A stretch of DNA of 63,965 bases, filler included, from Octopus bimaculoides (taxonomy: Eukaryota), in assembly GCF_001194135.2 (NCBI RefSeq). It is 8 parts of 7 records of this genome, joined end to end, with 100 filler letters (N's around TTAATTAATTAA, not from the genome) between each part and the next. Parts side by side here need not be neighbours in the genome. Positions count along the whole stretch, not along the records: positions 9,847 to 15,762 come from NC_068990.1; positions 15,863 to 20,674 come from NC_069000.1; positions 20,775 to 40,739 come from NC_068984.1; 5 more parts are not named here. One strand, written 5' to 3'. Positions 13,381-24,761 of this stretch are shown here, in pieces. Position 1 is the stretch's first letter, and each line of letters opens with the position of its first letter. The position numbers and the translations under genes were made by a program. The notes under the pieces were generated by a model that was not told the DNA's origin, searched no databases, and was given only the letters and a program-made list of their open reading frames with translations.

Positions 13381-15712
13381 ACTTTCTCACCCACTTTCCC
13401 GAGCGTTTTATTGTAAAGCATAAATAGTGATCATTGTATAATAATTACAGGTACGTTAGTGATATCAGGAATGACTACTAATGGAAACAGCTGTACTCCA
13501 AATTTAAAGACAAATATGTAGTGACCATTATTTTTAATTTGTTTCTTATACATCAGCCTGTGTAAAAAAAACAGTTTGTCTGGAGCCCCTCCACGGATTT
13601 ACAATATAGAATTGTGAGGAGCCATAAACTCCGAACTTGCTATAAGACTTCTTGGAGATTTTCAATAATCTAAACGACATTGTTAGTCTGGTGTGCCAAC
13701 AGGGAGCTTATGAAGTGCTTTTCCCTGATTGATAATCCCACTCTATTATTCGATTATTTGTTTCAGTGGATAAAAAGCGGACATGCTAGACACCACCTTG
13801 AAGATTCAGTCGAAAGAATCGATTGCAGTTCTTGTATTTTTTAACGCCTCGTTCTTATTCTATCGGTGTCTTTCGCTGAAACGCTACTGTTTCATGTAAG
13901 TAAACACGCAAACATCGGTTGTCAATTTGTGATACGGGACACCAAGACACATACACATGCATACACACATACACTCACATGCACACATATGCACACACAC
14001 ACACACGCACACACACACACATATATATATATATATACACATACATACAAACATATATGTATATATATAAGTACATATATATAACGTGTGTAGCCACTAA
14101 ACCTTTTTTTCATTTCCTCTCTCTGTTTATTTCTGTGTTCCTTTCTGTCGTAGAGCGTAGGCTCGAAACGTAAAAGATTTTCTTACTTCCAGAGCGTTAA
14201 ACTAATACATCTGTTTGTTGTTAACACACCCGTCTTCGTCTTTTGTTTTTTCCGTAAATTCTCACTATATATATGTATGTGTGTGTGTGCGTGTGTGTAC
14301 AGTGAGAGAGCACCGTCCCTTTGAATCTTCTGGCCTTGTGCCTATGTCAGAATAATCATTATACTTAACAATACATTGGCTCTGTTAAAGGCCATGTATT
14401 TGAATTGCCTTGTGTTAAATAGTTTATGGCCACAGCGAATTATTTTTCTGTCCATGTTGTCCTGTTCATGTTAAAGCTGGGCAATGTATATTTATATATT
14501 TTTATTTATTCAATTTTGTTTCCAGCGTAAATCGAACCTGTGTCTCTAAGGTTTGGTTATGAACCATCTTTATGTACCACCTTCAGTTAAAATTAATGAA
14601 ACTCTTATAATATATTCCCAACTGGCTGAATTAAGTCACCATTTCTCCAGGTATAGCAACATACACACACATACACATACACATACACACACGCGAATAA
14701 GTATATGTTTGTGTATGTATGTCGCACACACACACACTCCATAGAGACAATCAAACATACATCAACACAAATCTGATAGTTTTCGCTTCTATAAATTGCT
14801 TCTCATCAAATCCACCACAACCACCACCACCACCATCCCTACCACCACTTCTAGGTCCACCACCACCACACACACACATTTGTCTCGCTAATGTAATTTT
14901 AATGATTCCGTTTTAAACGAATACACATCTGCTTTGTATTGCTGCTATAATAAATTATCTGATATAACAATTAGTATAAGCAATGAATGGAGAAACAATG
15001 CTTCAAATTTTATGACATTTCTTCAATATCCTGATTGCATATACTTACGTCGCTTACAAGTCTTCACCGAGTTTTATGGACACATTCTTTGTCTTCTCCC
15101 GCGGCTCTTGTAAACCATATGTGACCGTTCTTTAGTCTTTCCCTTTGTACTTGTTGTTGTTGTTGTTTAGCCCTAGGTTAACCAGAATTGGATAGATCTA
15201 TGATCTAAATCAATATTTCTCAACCAATGTCCATATGCACTCTGGGCTACATTAGATTTTTCGGGATCCACTCAAGCAAAATAGGAAATCGGGATCAACA
15301 GTAATATCTTAAGGGTCATTGAAAAAAAATTTGCTCTTTCTTTTAGACATTACTTGCTTCAGCCATTGGAATGCGGCCATGCTGGGGCACTACCTTGAAG
15401 AATTTTAATTGAACTAATCGAGTCTAGTGCTTATTTCTTAAGACAGGTACTTGCGTATTTCATCTGTATTTTGCCGAACCGCTAATTTACGGGAACGTAA
15501 ACACACCAACACCGGTAATCAAGTTCTGTTGGCTAACAAACACAGACACGACGATCACCCACTCTTCACACACACATATATACGTATATATATTAAATTC
15601 AACATACGTCGAGAACCAACGAAAAGTCTGCTTTAGATGTACTGAAAGATACAGACAGGGAAATAATTTTATCCTCAAACGCAGGATAATAAAAATTTTT
15701 CCTTATCTGTAT

Positions 15713-15754
<42 letters not shown>

Positions 15755-15862
15755 TTATATATNNNNNNNNNNNNNNNNNNNNNNNNNNNNNNNNNNNNNN
15801 NNNNNNTTAATTAATTAANNNNNNNNNNNNNNNNNNNNNNNNNNNNNNNNNNNNNNNNNNNN

Positions 15863-15976
15863 AATGTGACAGTCCCCTGAAGGGAATAATACTACTGTTA
15901 GTTAGACCTAGGAAGCAGTGCAGCTTCCTAGGTCTAACCAACAGTAGTGTTATTCCCTTCAGGGGACTGTCACATT
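15863..15976. repeat. Long palindrome: 54-bp arms, 6-nt loop, 2 mismatches
   Basis: 15863-15916 is the reverse complement of 15923-15976 except at two positions. The loop is AGTGCA. Confidence 0.95.
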
Positions 15977-16017
15977 AAATTGACAGCATACAACTACTTC
16001 ATAATAATAATAATAAC

Positions 16018-16054
<37 letters not shown>

Positions 16055-16076
16055 GTAGGTTCGAAATTTCCCCCAA

Positions 16077-16122
16077 AACACCTGATGAAGGCTGGAGGGT
16101 ATATCAGCCGAAACGTTGTGTT
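16077..16122 (+). ncRNA. Minimal type I hammerhead ribozyme (PLE-associated)
   Basis: Stem I AACAC/GTGTT, core CTGATGA, one extra A, stem II GGCTG/CAGCC, GAAA, palindromic ACGT stem III, GUU cleavage triplet. Confidence 0.7.
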
Positions 16123-16204
16123 AACAACAAACAGGATGAGGACAAATATCCGTTAAATGTAAATAATGTACATAATTCCCCATCTCTTAAATATAGAACT
16201 GTAT
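16077..16204 (+). mobile_element. Penelope-like terminal segment, copy 2
   Basis: Near-identical to 2517-2656. Abuts the hAT relic. Confidence 0.65.
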
Positions 16205-16463
16205 TAGTTGAAAGAGGTTTCAGTGTGGTGTCCCAGATTCTTAACAAGTCGAGAAATCGCCTGGATATTGTGCAGAGAGGAGACCTGCGATTTCGCCTTA
16301 CCGTTACGAAGCCCAATATTGAAGAACTTTTGACCAAGCACCAAATTCATCCTTCACATTAACTACATGTTTGTCTATGCTTATTGAAAAAAAAAATGTT
16401 ATTCAGAACTACGTTTCTATCAATTAAGATTAGATGACGAAAGACGTCACATGGGAACCACTT
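16204..16463 (+). mobile_element. hAT (Buster/Charlie-like) transposase C-terminus and 3' TIR
   Basis: LVERGFSVVSQILNKSRNRLDIVQRGDLRFRLTVTKPNIEELLTKHQIHPSH* (stop 16360-16362), followed by gggaaccact resembling the reverse complement of CAGTGGTTCCC. Confidence 0.8.
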
Positions 16464-17633
16464 ACTTAAAACTTCAATCCGTTACTTTTTTTCCTACAAA
16501 ATGCATTCATGAATATTAGTATAGTTCGTGCAATGTAAGGGATGGGTTTCTTTGTTCTAAATACAGAGGAACCTTTCCGAATTCATCGCAAGTGTAACTA
16601 TTTTGCCACACTCATTAGCTTGCGTGGGACGTATATTATCCTAAGTAAACTGTACAAAGAAAATTCAGCATCCATTTAAAGAGAAATGCCGTAATTGCTA
16701 GGCTGTTAGCGAACCAAACAATTACAAGAAAAGCATGACATATAACACTCGAGAGCCTAAAACATAATTAATAATTAATAATAAAGCAAGCAAAAACTGA
16801 CGATAGGAAACAAATGACTATTGATGATATTGTAACATATATATAAAGCGAATGATTTTGCAACGTAAATATTTAATGAATGATCAGTTTTTTTTTGTTT
16901 TTCTTGTTTTTTTTTTCTTGTATTATGCATGTTTCAAATATTTGCTGGTAATTTCCCTTAGAGTCCCTTATAAGTACAATTGGTATCATTATGAATTTAT
17001 GAAGAGAAAGCAGGTTTTTGAATAAAAGAAAATCAATTAATCATTTAATTTCATAATCATAAAAATTTTATGAATAAAATGTTATTCCCATCTATCCTAA
17101 TTCTTGGAGGTTTTTTTCTTCTCGTTATAACGCTGTATTTCAAAATGAAACAAATTAATTAAAAAAAAAAACACAAATTCATAAAAATATTTTTACGTTA
17201 TTGCAATTATTTCTTCCAATTTCAATTTACGGTTCTCAAACAACGTATTCTTTCTGGTGGATGTTTGTTTGGAACAATTTCTGCGATATTATCGCCTACA
17301 TCTGCCGTTCCCACCTAGTATACGGTTTTGCCTATATATACACTGATTTCACGTCCATACACACAAACACGCACACACACGTATATACATATATACACAT
17401 ACATACACATACGCACACGTACACACATATATGTATATATCATGTATGGTATATGTGTATGCATGATGCATGATGCATTATGTATGCATTATGTATGCAT
17501 GCAAGCCTGTATGTATGAATATATATATATATANNNNNNNNNNNNNNNNNNNNNNNNNNNNNNNNNNNNNNNNNNNNNNNNNNNNNNNNNNNNNNNNNNN
17601 NNNNNNNNNNNNNNNNNNNNNNNNNNNNNNNNN

Positions 17634-17965
17634 GGAACAGTTTGAATGAGAAATGATGCCCCATCTACCATATTTGCCGGACATTGCCCTATCTGATTAT
17701 CATTTATTCCGCAGTCTTCAAAATCATTTGGACAGAAAAAATATGAATTCTGTAGTCGAGGTCGGAACAGTACTGGGGGAGTATTTTTCGTCACGGACAA
17801 GTGAATTTTAGAAGAGGAGCCTAGCAAGTCTACCAGATAGATGGAAGAGCATTGTAGAAAATGAAGTAGAGTATATTTTAGATTAAAAAAGAAATTTGTT
17901 TATCTTAATTTTGAAAAATAAAAGAAGTATGAAAAACCGCATTATTTATGGGATGATTCAATATA
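17634..17965 (+). mobile_element. Mariner DD34D transposase 3' relic
   Basis: PHLPYLPDIALSDYHLFRSLQNHLD...LPDRWKSIVENEVEYILD*, then TIR-like aaaaaccgcattatttatgggatga. Confidence 0.8.
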
Positions 17966-18767
17966 TATATAATCAATTAAAATAAACAATCGAGTTAAGT
18001 AAACAAATAATAGAATTAACAATAAGAGACAACAAGAGGATGTGCACAAGGAATGTATTAGTTTGATGCTCAGTAAAAGGAGAGAGTTTTGGATGTTTCG
18101 AGCATAGCTCTTCGTTAGAAAGGAGAAGGGTAAGTCCAAAAAAGGAGAAGAAATCGCCAACAGTATTTATTCGATGTGAAAATTTTAACAGTTCATATTC
18201 GATGGGAAAATTATAATTCGTCATATCAAAAGCGTTAATGGGGGGAAAATGACATGCGATAATGCGTCATGTTTTAACAGAAAATAGCCTCAATTTTTTT
18301 CACTCAAAAATGTTTAAATGAAGTATTGTATTTATAAAGGGTATTATTTATAAAGAACTAAAATAGGATATTTCCTATTTGCTTGCTAGTTATTGTAGTA
18401 TAAGATTTTAAGTGCTTTTTTTTAACTGGGTGATTTGAGTTTTTCATTGCCAAGCGTTTAGCTTAGTCCATATCTTTTCTGTTGCCCTATTGCCCTATTA
18501 TTCTCGGAAATGCTTATTATATCTCACCCAAAGAAACGGGGAAGTACATAGATACTCAAACTCATACACAGAGATAAACAAATACATACGAATATTTCAA
18601 GTGTTTTTCAGAATTAACTTTTAGGTGTGGACGATCATGAACGATAGTTAACTTAGACTGGTACTGATATATCAAATAGGGGAATAAATTGTGAAAGCAT
18701 AATATATTCACACACACACACACACACACACACACGGCTTGTTACTCTGTGAACAGTCAGAGGTTAT

Positions 18768-19434
18768 GGATCTTTTTTAAAACGGGGGCCACATTTTTAT
18801 TAACGAAACACTTTGAAACTTGGAACACTGGTAGAATGTGTCATATAAAACATCTTTTTCTCTTAGTCGTCTTTTAAAAAAAAGNNNNNNNNNNNNNNNN
18901 NNNNNNNNNNNNNNNNNNNNNNNNNNNNNNNNNNNNNNNNNNNNNNNNNNNNNNNNNNNNNNNNNNNNNNNNNNNNNNNNNNNNNNNNNNNNNNNNNNNN
19001 NNNNNNNNTTAAAGTTGTCGTATTTCTGTAGTTTCAACCAATCACTGACGTCCATTCAGCCGATATACATTAAGTGCCGACTACATAAACAAACGATTCT
19101 GAAACAATTCTATCGGTGATAGGGTTAGGGTTAGCGTTAGGGTAAAACAGCAAATTTAAAAAGAAAAAAGAAAAACGAAGCTATGGAAATTAAATACGCT
19201 TTACACCGCTTAATCAGCCAAAGGAGTAAATGTAAACAACTGAATACTTGTCAGTGATTGGTTGAAATTATCGAAATAAGACAATTTTTTACATGAAATA
19301 AATTCGAATACAAAAATATTTTTCTGTTCTATAACACAAAATAGATAAGTATACGAAGTTTGAAAGTCTTTCGGTACCAAAACCACTACGTAAAACATTA
19401 ATGAAAAATGTGGCCCCCGTTTTAAAAAAGATCC
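18768..19434. mobile_element. MITE with perfect 31-bp TIRs and 8-bp TSD (Merlin- or hAT/P-type)
   Basis: TIR GGATCTTTTTTAAAACGGGGGCCACATTTTT at both ends. TSD GAGGTTAT at 18760-18767 and 19435-19442. Further internal inverted similarity and TTAGGG-like repeats at 19121-19144. Confidence 0.9.
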
Positions 19435-19559
19435 GAGGTTATTAAAGATCAAAAGGGGAAAACTCTGTCGATGTAAAATAGAACTAGCCAGCTATAAATT
19501 TATGATAGTATTCTGCCCAAGTCAGTGTATATGGTATTCAGGAACGCTATGATGAAAGA

Positions 19560-19975
19560 TATAACTGTGTAAGATTCACCATAGCAACATTACTACCCAG
19601 GATAGCCAAGAGAGCCAGAATAATCAGGATGTCCAGGATGCCCTAAGTGGTTTTCGTAGTGTAATGCACATTATTGGATGCTTCTGCATACAGAAATTCA
19701 CCAAATAACAGACATCTGCTAAATTTGCAAAGAACTCAAACCAAAATCGACAGATGCAGGAAGATAGGCCACAAGAAAAAGAGTAACAATGAACTTTGTT
19801 GGAGAATTGCAATCTGTATCCAAAAATCGTTATCTGCTGGTGTTGGTAGACGAATGCTCACGGTACACCTTTGGATTCTATGTTCAGATATGACAACCAG
19901 CATTCTAATTAGTCGTCAACTATCACTGTTTCTTACATCCACTTCACCGGGTTGTATTAATTTCGATCGTGACAT
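19560..19975 (+). mobile_element. Ty3/Gypsy LTR-retrotransposon integrase relic
   Basis: C*ICKELKPK...MNFVGELQSVSKNRYLLVLVDECSRY, frameshift, then CSDMTT..I..L.LF...PGCINFDRD. Matches the zinc-finger end and catalytic DF.GPLP..NRYLL.VDEYSR...DMTT...IHSDRG pattern. Confidence 0.75.
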
Positions 19976-20225
19976 GTAACTTGAATGTGATGAAATAATA
20001 TATTTAAACAAAACATGCACTTCGACATATAGCTCCAGAGAAATTTCTGTTTTACAACTTATTCAATCGGCTAATTGATCATTATTGTGCCCTCCTGATA
20101 TGCGCTTTGTAGGTTTGGGGCGAAATTCCGTTGTCGGTATTTTATCTTGATTTCCTATTACGAAAAGGATCAACAAACTTGCTTAAAAAAACTATCATCC
20201 TGCAACAAAAAGATTTGTCAGTCGA

Positions 20226-20674
20226 AATGTAAAACTAGAAGGAAATATCACCACACAAATGTAAATTAGAAGGGACTATCACCACACAAATGTAAAACTA
20301 GAAGGAACTATCGTCACACAAATGTAAAACTAGAAGGAACTATCACCACACAAATGTAAAGCTAGAAGGAACTATCGTCACACAAATGTAAAACTAGAAG
20401 GAACTATCACCACACAAATGTAAAACTAGAAGGAACTATCACCACACAAATGTAAAACTAGAAAGAACTATCGTCACACAAATGTAAAACTAGAAGGAAA
20501 TATCACCACACAAATGTAAAACTAGAAGGAACTATTACCACACAAATATAAAACTAGAAAGAACTATCACCACACAAATGTAAAACTAGAAGGAACTATC
20601 GTCACACAAATGTAAATTAGAAGGAACTATCACCACACAAATGTAAAACTAGAAGGAACTATCGTCACACAAAC
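20226..20674 (+). repeat. 32-bp minisatellite, about 14 copies, runs into a gap
   Basis: Unit AAATGTAAAACTAGAAGGAACTATC(ACC/GTC)ACAC repeated head to tail, with occasional 31-bp variants. Confidence 0.95.
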
Positions 20675-20774
20675 NNNNNNNNNNNNNNNNNNNNNNNNNN
20701 NNNNNNNNNNNNNNNNNNTTAATTAATTAANNNNNNNNNNNNNNNNNNNNNNNNNNNNNNNNNNNNNNNNNNNN

Positions 20775-20950
20775 ACATAAATTTATATATACATACTCGA
20801 ATGCACACATACATAAATACAAACGCACACTTACGTATAGAAATACATACATGCATACATTCATATACTCCTGTGCACACGCATACATGAATACATACAT
20901 ACATACATACATTCATACAATCTTTCCAGAAGTTTATAATTTAAGTATAT
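20775..20950 (+). repeat. 176-bp exact duplicate of 21851-22026
   Basis: Identical sequence. Each copy abuts an N gap. Confidence 0.85.
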
Positions 20951-21495
20951 ATGAGCATGTCTAGATATGCAAATATATGCATGAAAAACATACAAATCTG
21001 CATATATACATACATGCATGCAAACATACATACATACCCTGTTAATGTTGTTGAAATTCCAGTGAAGGAACCTTGGATCTAGGTTAGAAACCGGNNNNNN
21101 NNNNTTACATCTTTTACATATTTCAGTTAATGGACTTCGGCCATGCTGGGTCAGCCCTCGAAGTATTTTAGTCGAAGAAATTGGCCTTATTTTTAAGTGT
21201 GTACTTATTCTATCCGTAGTAAATGCCCAACTGCTGAGTTACGTGAACGTAAACAAACCAACACATATATATGCATGACACATTGTTTTCTCTCCTGCAT
21301 GGTGTCCAATGAAAACCACTCTCCCTGTGAGCTTGGTGCGGTTGTGGGTTAAGTCGCTTACGGCCTGCCCATGCGACTCGTTGTACCGGCTTACCTGACA
21401 TACATGCATACATACATACATACATACATACATACATANNNNNNNNNNATACATACATACATACATACATACATACATACTTACATACATGCACA

Positions 21496-21815
21496 AGTGG
21501 TGTTTAGTCGGTTACGGCGACGAGTGTCCCAGTTTATCCGATCAACGGAACAGCCTGTTCGTGAAATTAATCTGCAAGTGACTGAGCACTCCACAGACTC
21601 GCGTACTCTTAACGGGTTTCTCAAAGAAATTTAGCCTGACGCAAAATTTGACAAGACTGGCAATATGAAGTACCGGTACAACTCATTTTTGCTAACTGAG
21701 TGGACTGGAGCAACATGAAATAAAGTGTCTTGCTCAAGGACACAACCCACCGCCGGAAATCGAACCATGATCTTACAATCGTGGGCCGAATACCCTAACC
21801 ACTAAGCCACAAGCT
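21496..21815 (-). mobile_element. tRNA-derived SINE family B (CORE-like central domain)
   Basis: Head tggcttagtggttagggtattcgg...ggttcgatttcc, central gtgtccttgagcaagacact...ctcagttagcaaaaatgag, and a 3' tail shared with 24376-24761. Confidence 0.8.
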
Positions 21816-23397
21816 TTCACATACGTACATCCTCGCATGCATACATACATACATAAATTTATATATACATACTCGAATGCACACATACATAAATACAAAC
21901 GCACACTTACGTATAGAAATACATACATGCATACATTCATATACTCCTGTGCACACGCATACATGAATACATACATACATACATACATTCATACAATCTT
22001 TCCAGAAGTTTATAATTTAAGTATATNNNNNNNNNNNNNNNNNNNNNNNNNNNNNNNNNNNNNNNNNNNNNNNNNNNNNNNNNNNNNNNNNNNNNNNNNN
22101 NNNNNNNNNNNNNNNNNNNNNNNNNNNNNNNNNNNNNNNNNNNNNNNNNNNNNNNNNNNNNNNNNNNNNNNNNNNNNNNNNNNNNNNNNNNNNNNNNNNN
22201 NNNNNNNNNNNNNNNNNNNNNNNNNNNNNNNNNNNNNNNNNNNNNNNNNNNNNNNNNNNNNNNNNNNNNNNNNNNNNNNNNNNNNNNNNNNNNNNNNNNN
22301 NNNNNNNNNNNNNNNNNNNNNNNNNNNNNNNNNNNNNNNNNNNNNNNNNNNNNNNNNNNNNNNNNNNNNNNNNNNNNNNNNNNNNNNNNNNNNNNNNNNN
22401 NNNNNNNNNNNNNNNNNNNNNNNNNNNNNNNNNNNNNNNNNNNNNNNNNNNNNNNNNNNNNNNNNNNNNNNNNNNNNNNNNNNNNNNNNNNNNNNNNNNN
22501 NNNNNNNNNNNNNNATTAAATTTAAAATCGCGATTACAAAATATTATTAGCGTTGCAAATAAGCGTAAAAGATTCTAGAAATAATACCTATAGCATGTAC
22601 ATATACACATAACTATATACACTTGCATAATCATGTGTATACATTCGCTAAACCTACACCCATACACGTATTGGAATCCATGCATGGAAACACACATCAA
22701 GGCAGATGCACATACACATACGCATATATACATACGTACATACATGTATACATATATACACATATAATAATACGGATACAAACATACATACATACATACA
22801 TACATACATACAGACAGACAGACAGACAGACAGGCAGACAAACAGACAGACATAACTATCTAGTTTGTGTTATCTTAATGCCAGTGACAGGACTCCGTTT
22901 CTGGACTGGAGTCCGAGTCTTTCTCTACTGGAGACAAATTTGAAAAATAAAACCAGAATAAGATATATTGCAAACTGCATCGAAGCTTACAAAGTGTTTA
23001 CCCAGATTATGAATATAGTTTTGTATCAATAATTATTCGCACACTTGGTTATGTTACTAAATGTTTAAACAACAATCTAACAAGTTGTCTGGAAATTCAA
23101 TCAGAAAGCAGAATAGCAAACGTGCAAGGTTTTCATAACATTAAACAGTTGTTGGCAACGAAATTTCCATTACGGGAACTTAATTTCTTTGTTACAAAAA
23201 TTGCCAATACTTAATACGAAACTTTCACAGAATTCGTTAAAATAAACACGAAATGCACGCGCACACACGCACGCATACGCACACAAACACACACACACAC
23301 GCATACACACACACACATCCACACATCCACATATACATACATATACGCATAGATAATATATACACGCAAACAGTCATCCATCCATCCGCACACACAC

Positions 23398-23456
<59 letters not shown>

Positions 23457-24375
23457 CATACATACGGAGGTATATGCGTACACACGTACACATCTTTCTA
23501 CCTACATATGTACGTACATTCGGCCTCCACGTGCATACACATACGAACGTATATTCTTGCACATATCCATACATACATGCATTCACACGTGCATATATGC
23601 ATGCATACATACACACATACATACATATATGCATTCACTTGCACAAAACTCCATTTTGAAATACTGTAATTCGAAAAGTCTTGACGATAAGAACGTTAAT
23701 CAAATTTCAAAATTGAACTCCAGAACCTGACATTTGTACATGTTCCAATGACATTTGTAACTAGATCATGTTCATGTTGAGCCCTAGTTCAACACTTGGA
23801 AAGCAGATCAGTTTGCAATTGTAGTGTATCTCAGATTACAAAGTAAGATAATCTCAACAAGCAAGGATTATCTGAAACGGACTTGCCATTAAGAAAAAGT
23901 GATTTTGACGGTCTGGAGACAAGAGGACAGCTATCATCATCTGTTTCTACCTCAATAAGATTAGGTCATCATCCTAAATGTTGTTCTTAATGGTATGCAC
24001 TTTTTGAAAATTCTTGGTTCTTACCCCTTGTCATTTGGAGTTTATTGTATTTATTTAAAGTATTTGTTTACCTTTCTCTCGAAACGAAGATAATTTCTAT
24101 AAGCTAAATAATTCTTCTTGTGTGGTATTCATTTCTATTTTCCATATATCTATGGCCCCTCTGCGTTAGCTCTCGTTTTAGCTAAAATTATTAAAATTAC
24201 TCTTGGCCTTCATATATTCTACTCTTTTTGTATATATATCTGTAAACCTGCTACAACGTAAAACATATGCAAGTTGATGACAGCTACTGAGGCAGGAACA
24301 CGTATACATATACAGAGCTTACCTCTTGTCTCAAAACAATTACAGTCTCTTTTCGTTAGTAGTATGGTAATTTCG

Positions 24376-24761
24376 CGTGGAGGCGCAATGGCCCTGTGGT
24401 TAGGGCAGCGGACTCGCGGTCATAGGATCGTGGTTTCGATTCCCAGACCGGGCGTTGTGAGCGTTTATGGAGCGAAAACACCTAGAAGCTCTACGAGGCT
24501 CCGGCAGGGGGATGGTGGCGAACCCTGCTGTACTCTTTCACCACAACTTTCTCTCACTTTTACTTCCTGTTTCTGTCGTACCTGTAATTCAAAAAGGGTC
24601 AGCCTTGTCACGCTGTGTCACGCAGAATATCCCCGAGAACTACGTTAAGGGTACACGTATCTGTGGAGTGCTCAGCCACTTGCATGTTAATTTCACGAGC
24701 AGGCTGTTCCATTGATCGGATCAACTGGAACCCTTGACGTCGTAAGCGACGGAGTGCCAAC
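24376..24761 (+). mobile_element. Full-length tRNA-derived SINE with 12-bp TSD
   Basis: Pol III A box TGGCCCTGTGG and B box GGTTTCGATTCC. TSD ATGGTAATTTCG at 24364-24375 and 24762-24773. Close copy at 63582-63965. Confidence 0.92.

Noticed and set aside
20226-20674. CRISPR-like appearance of the 32-bp repeat
   Set aside because: Units are contiguous with no unique spacers, no cas genes are present and the context is eukaryotic.
23211-23669. ORFs rich in YI/HT/VC/LS repeats throughout the window
   Set aside because: They are translations of TA, CA, CATA, GA and CTAT microsatellites.
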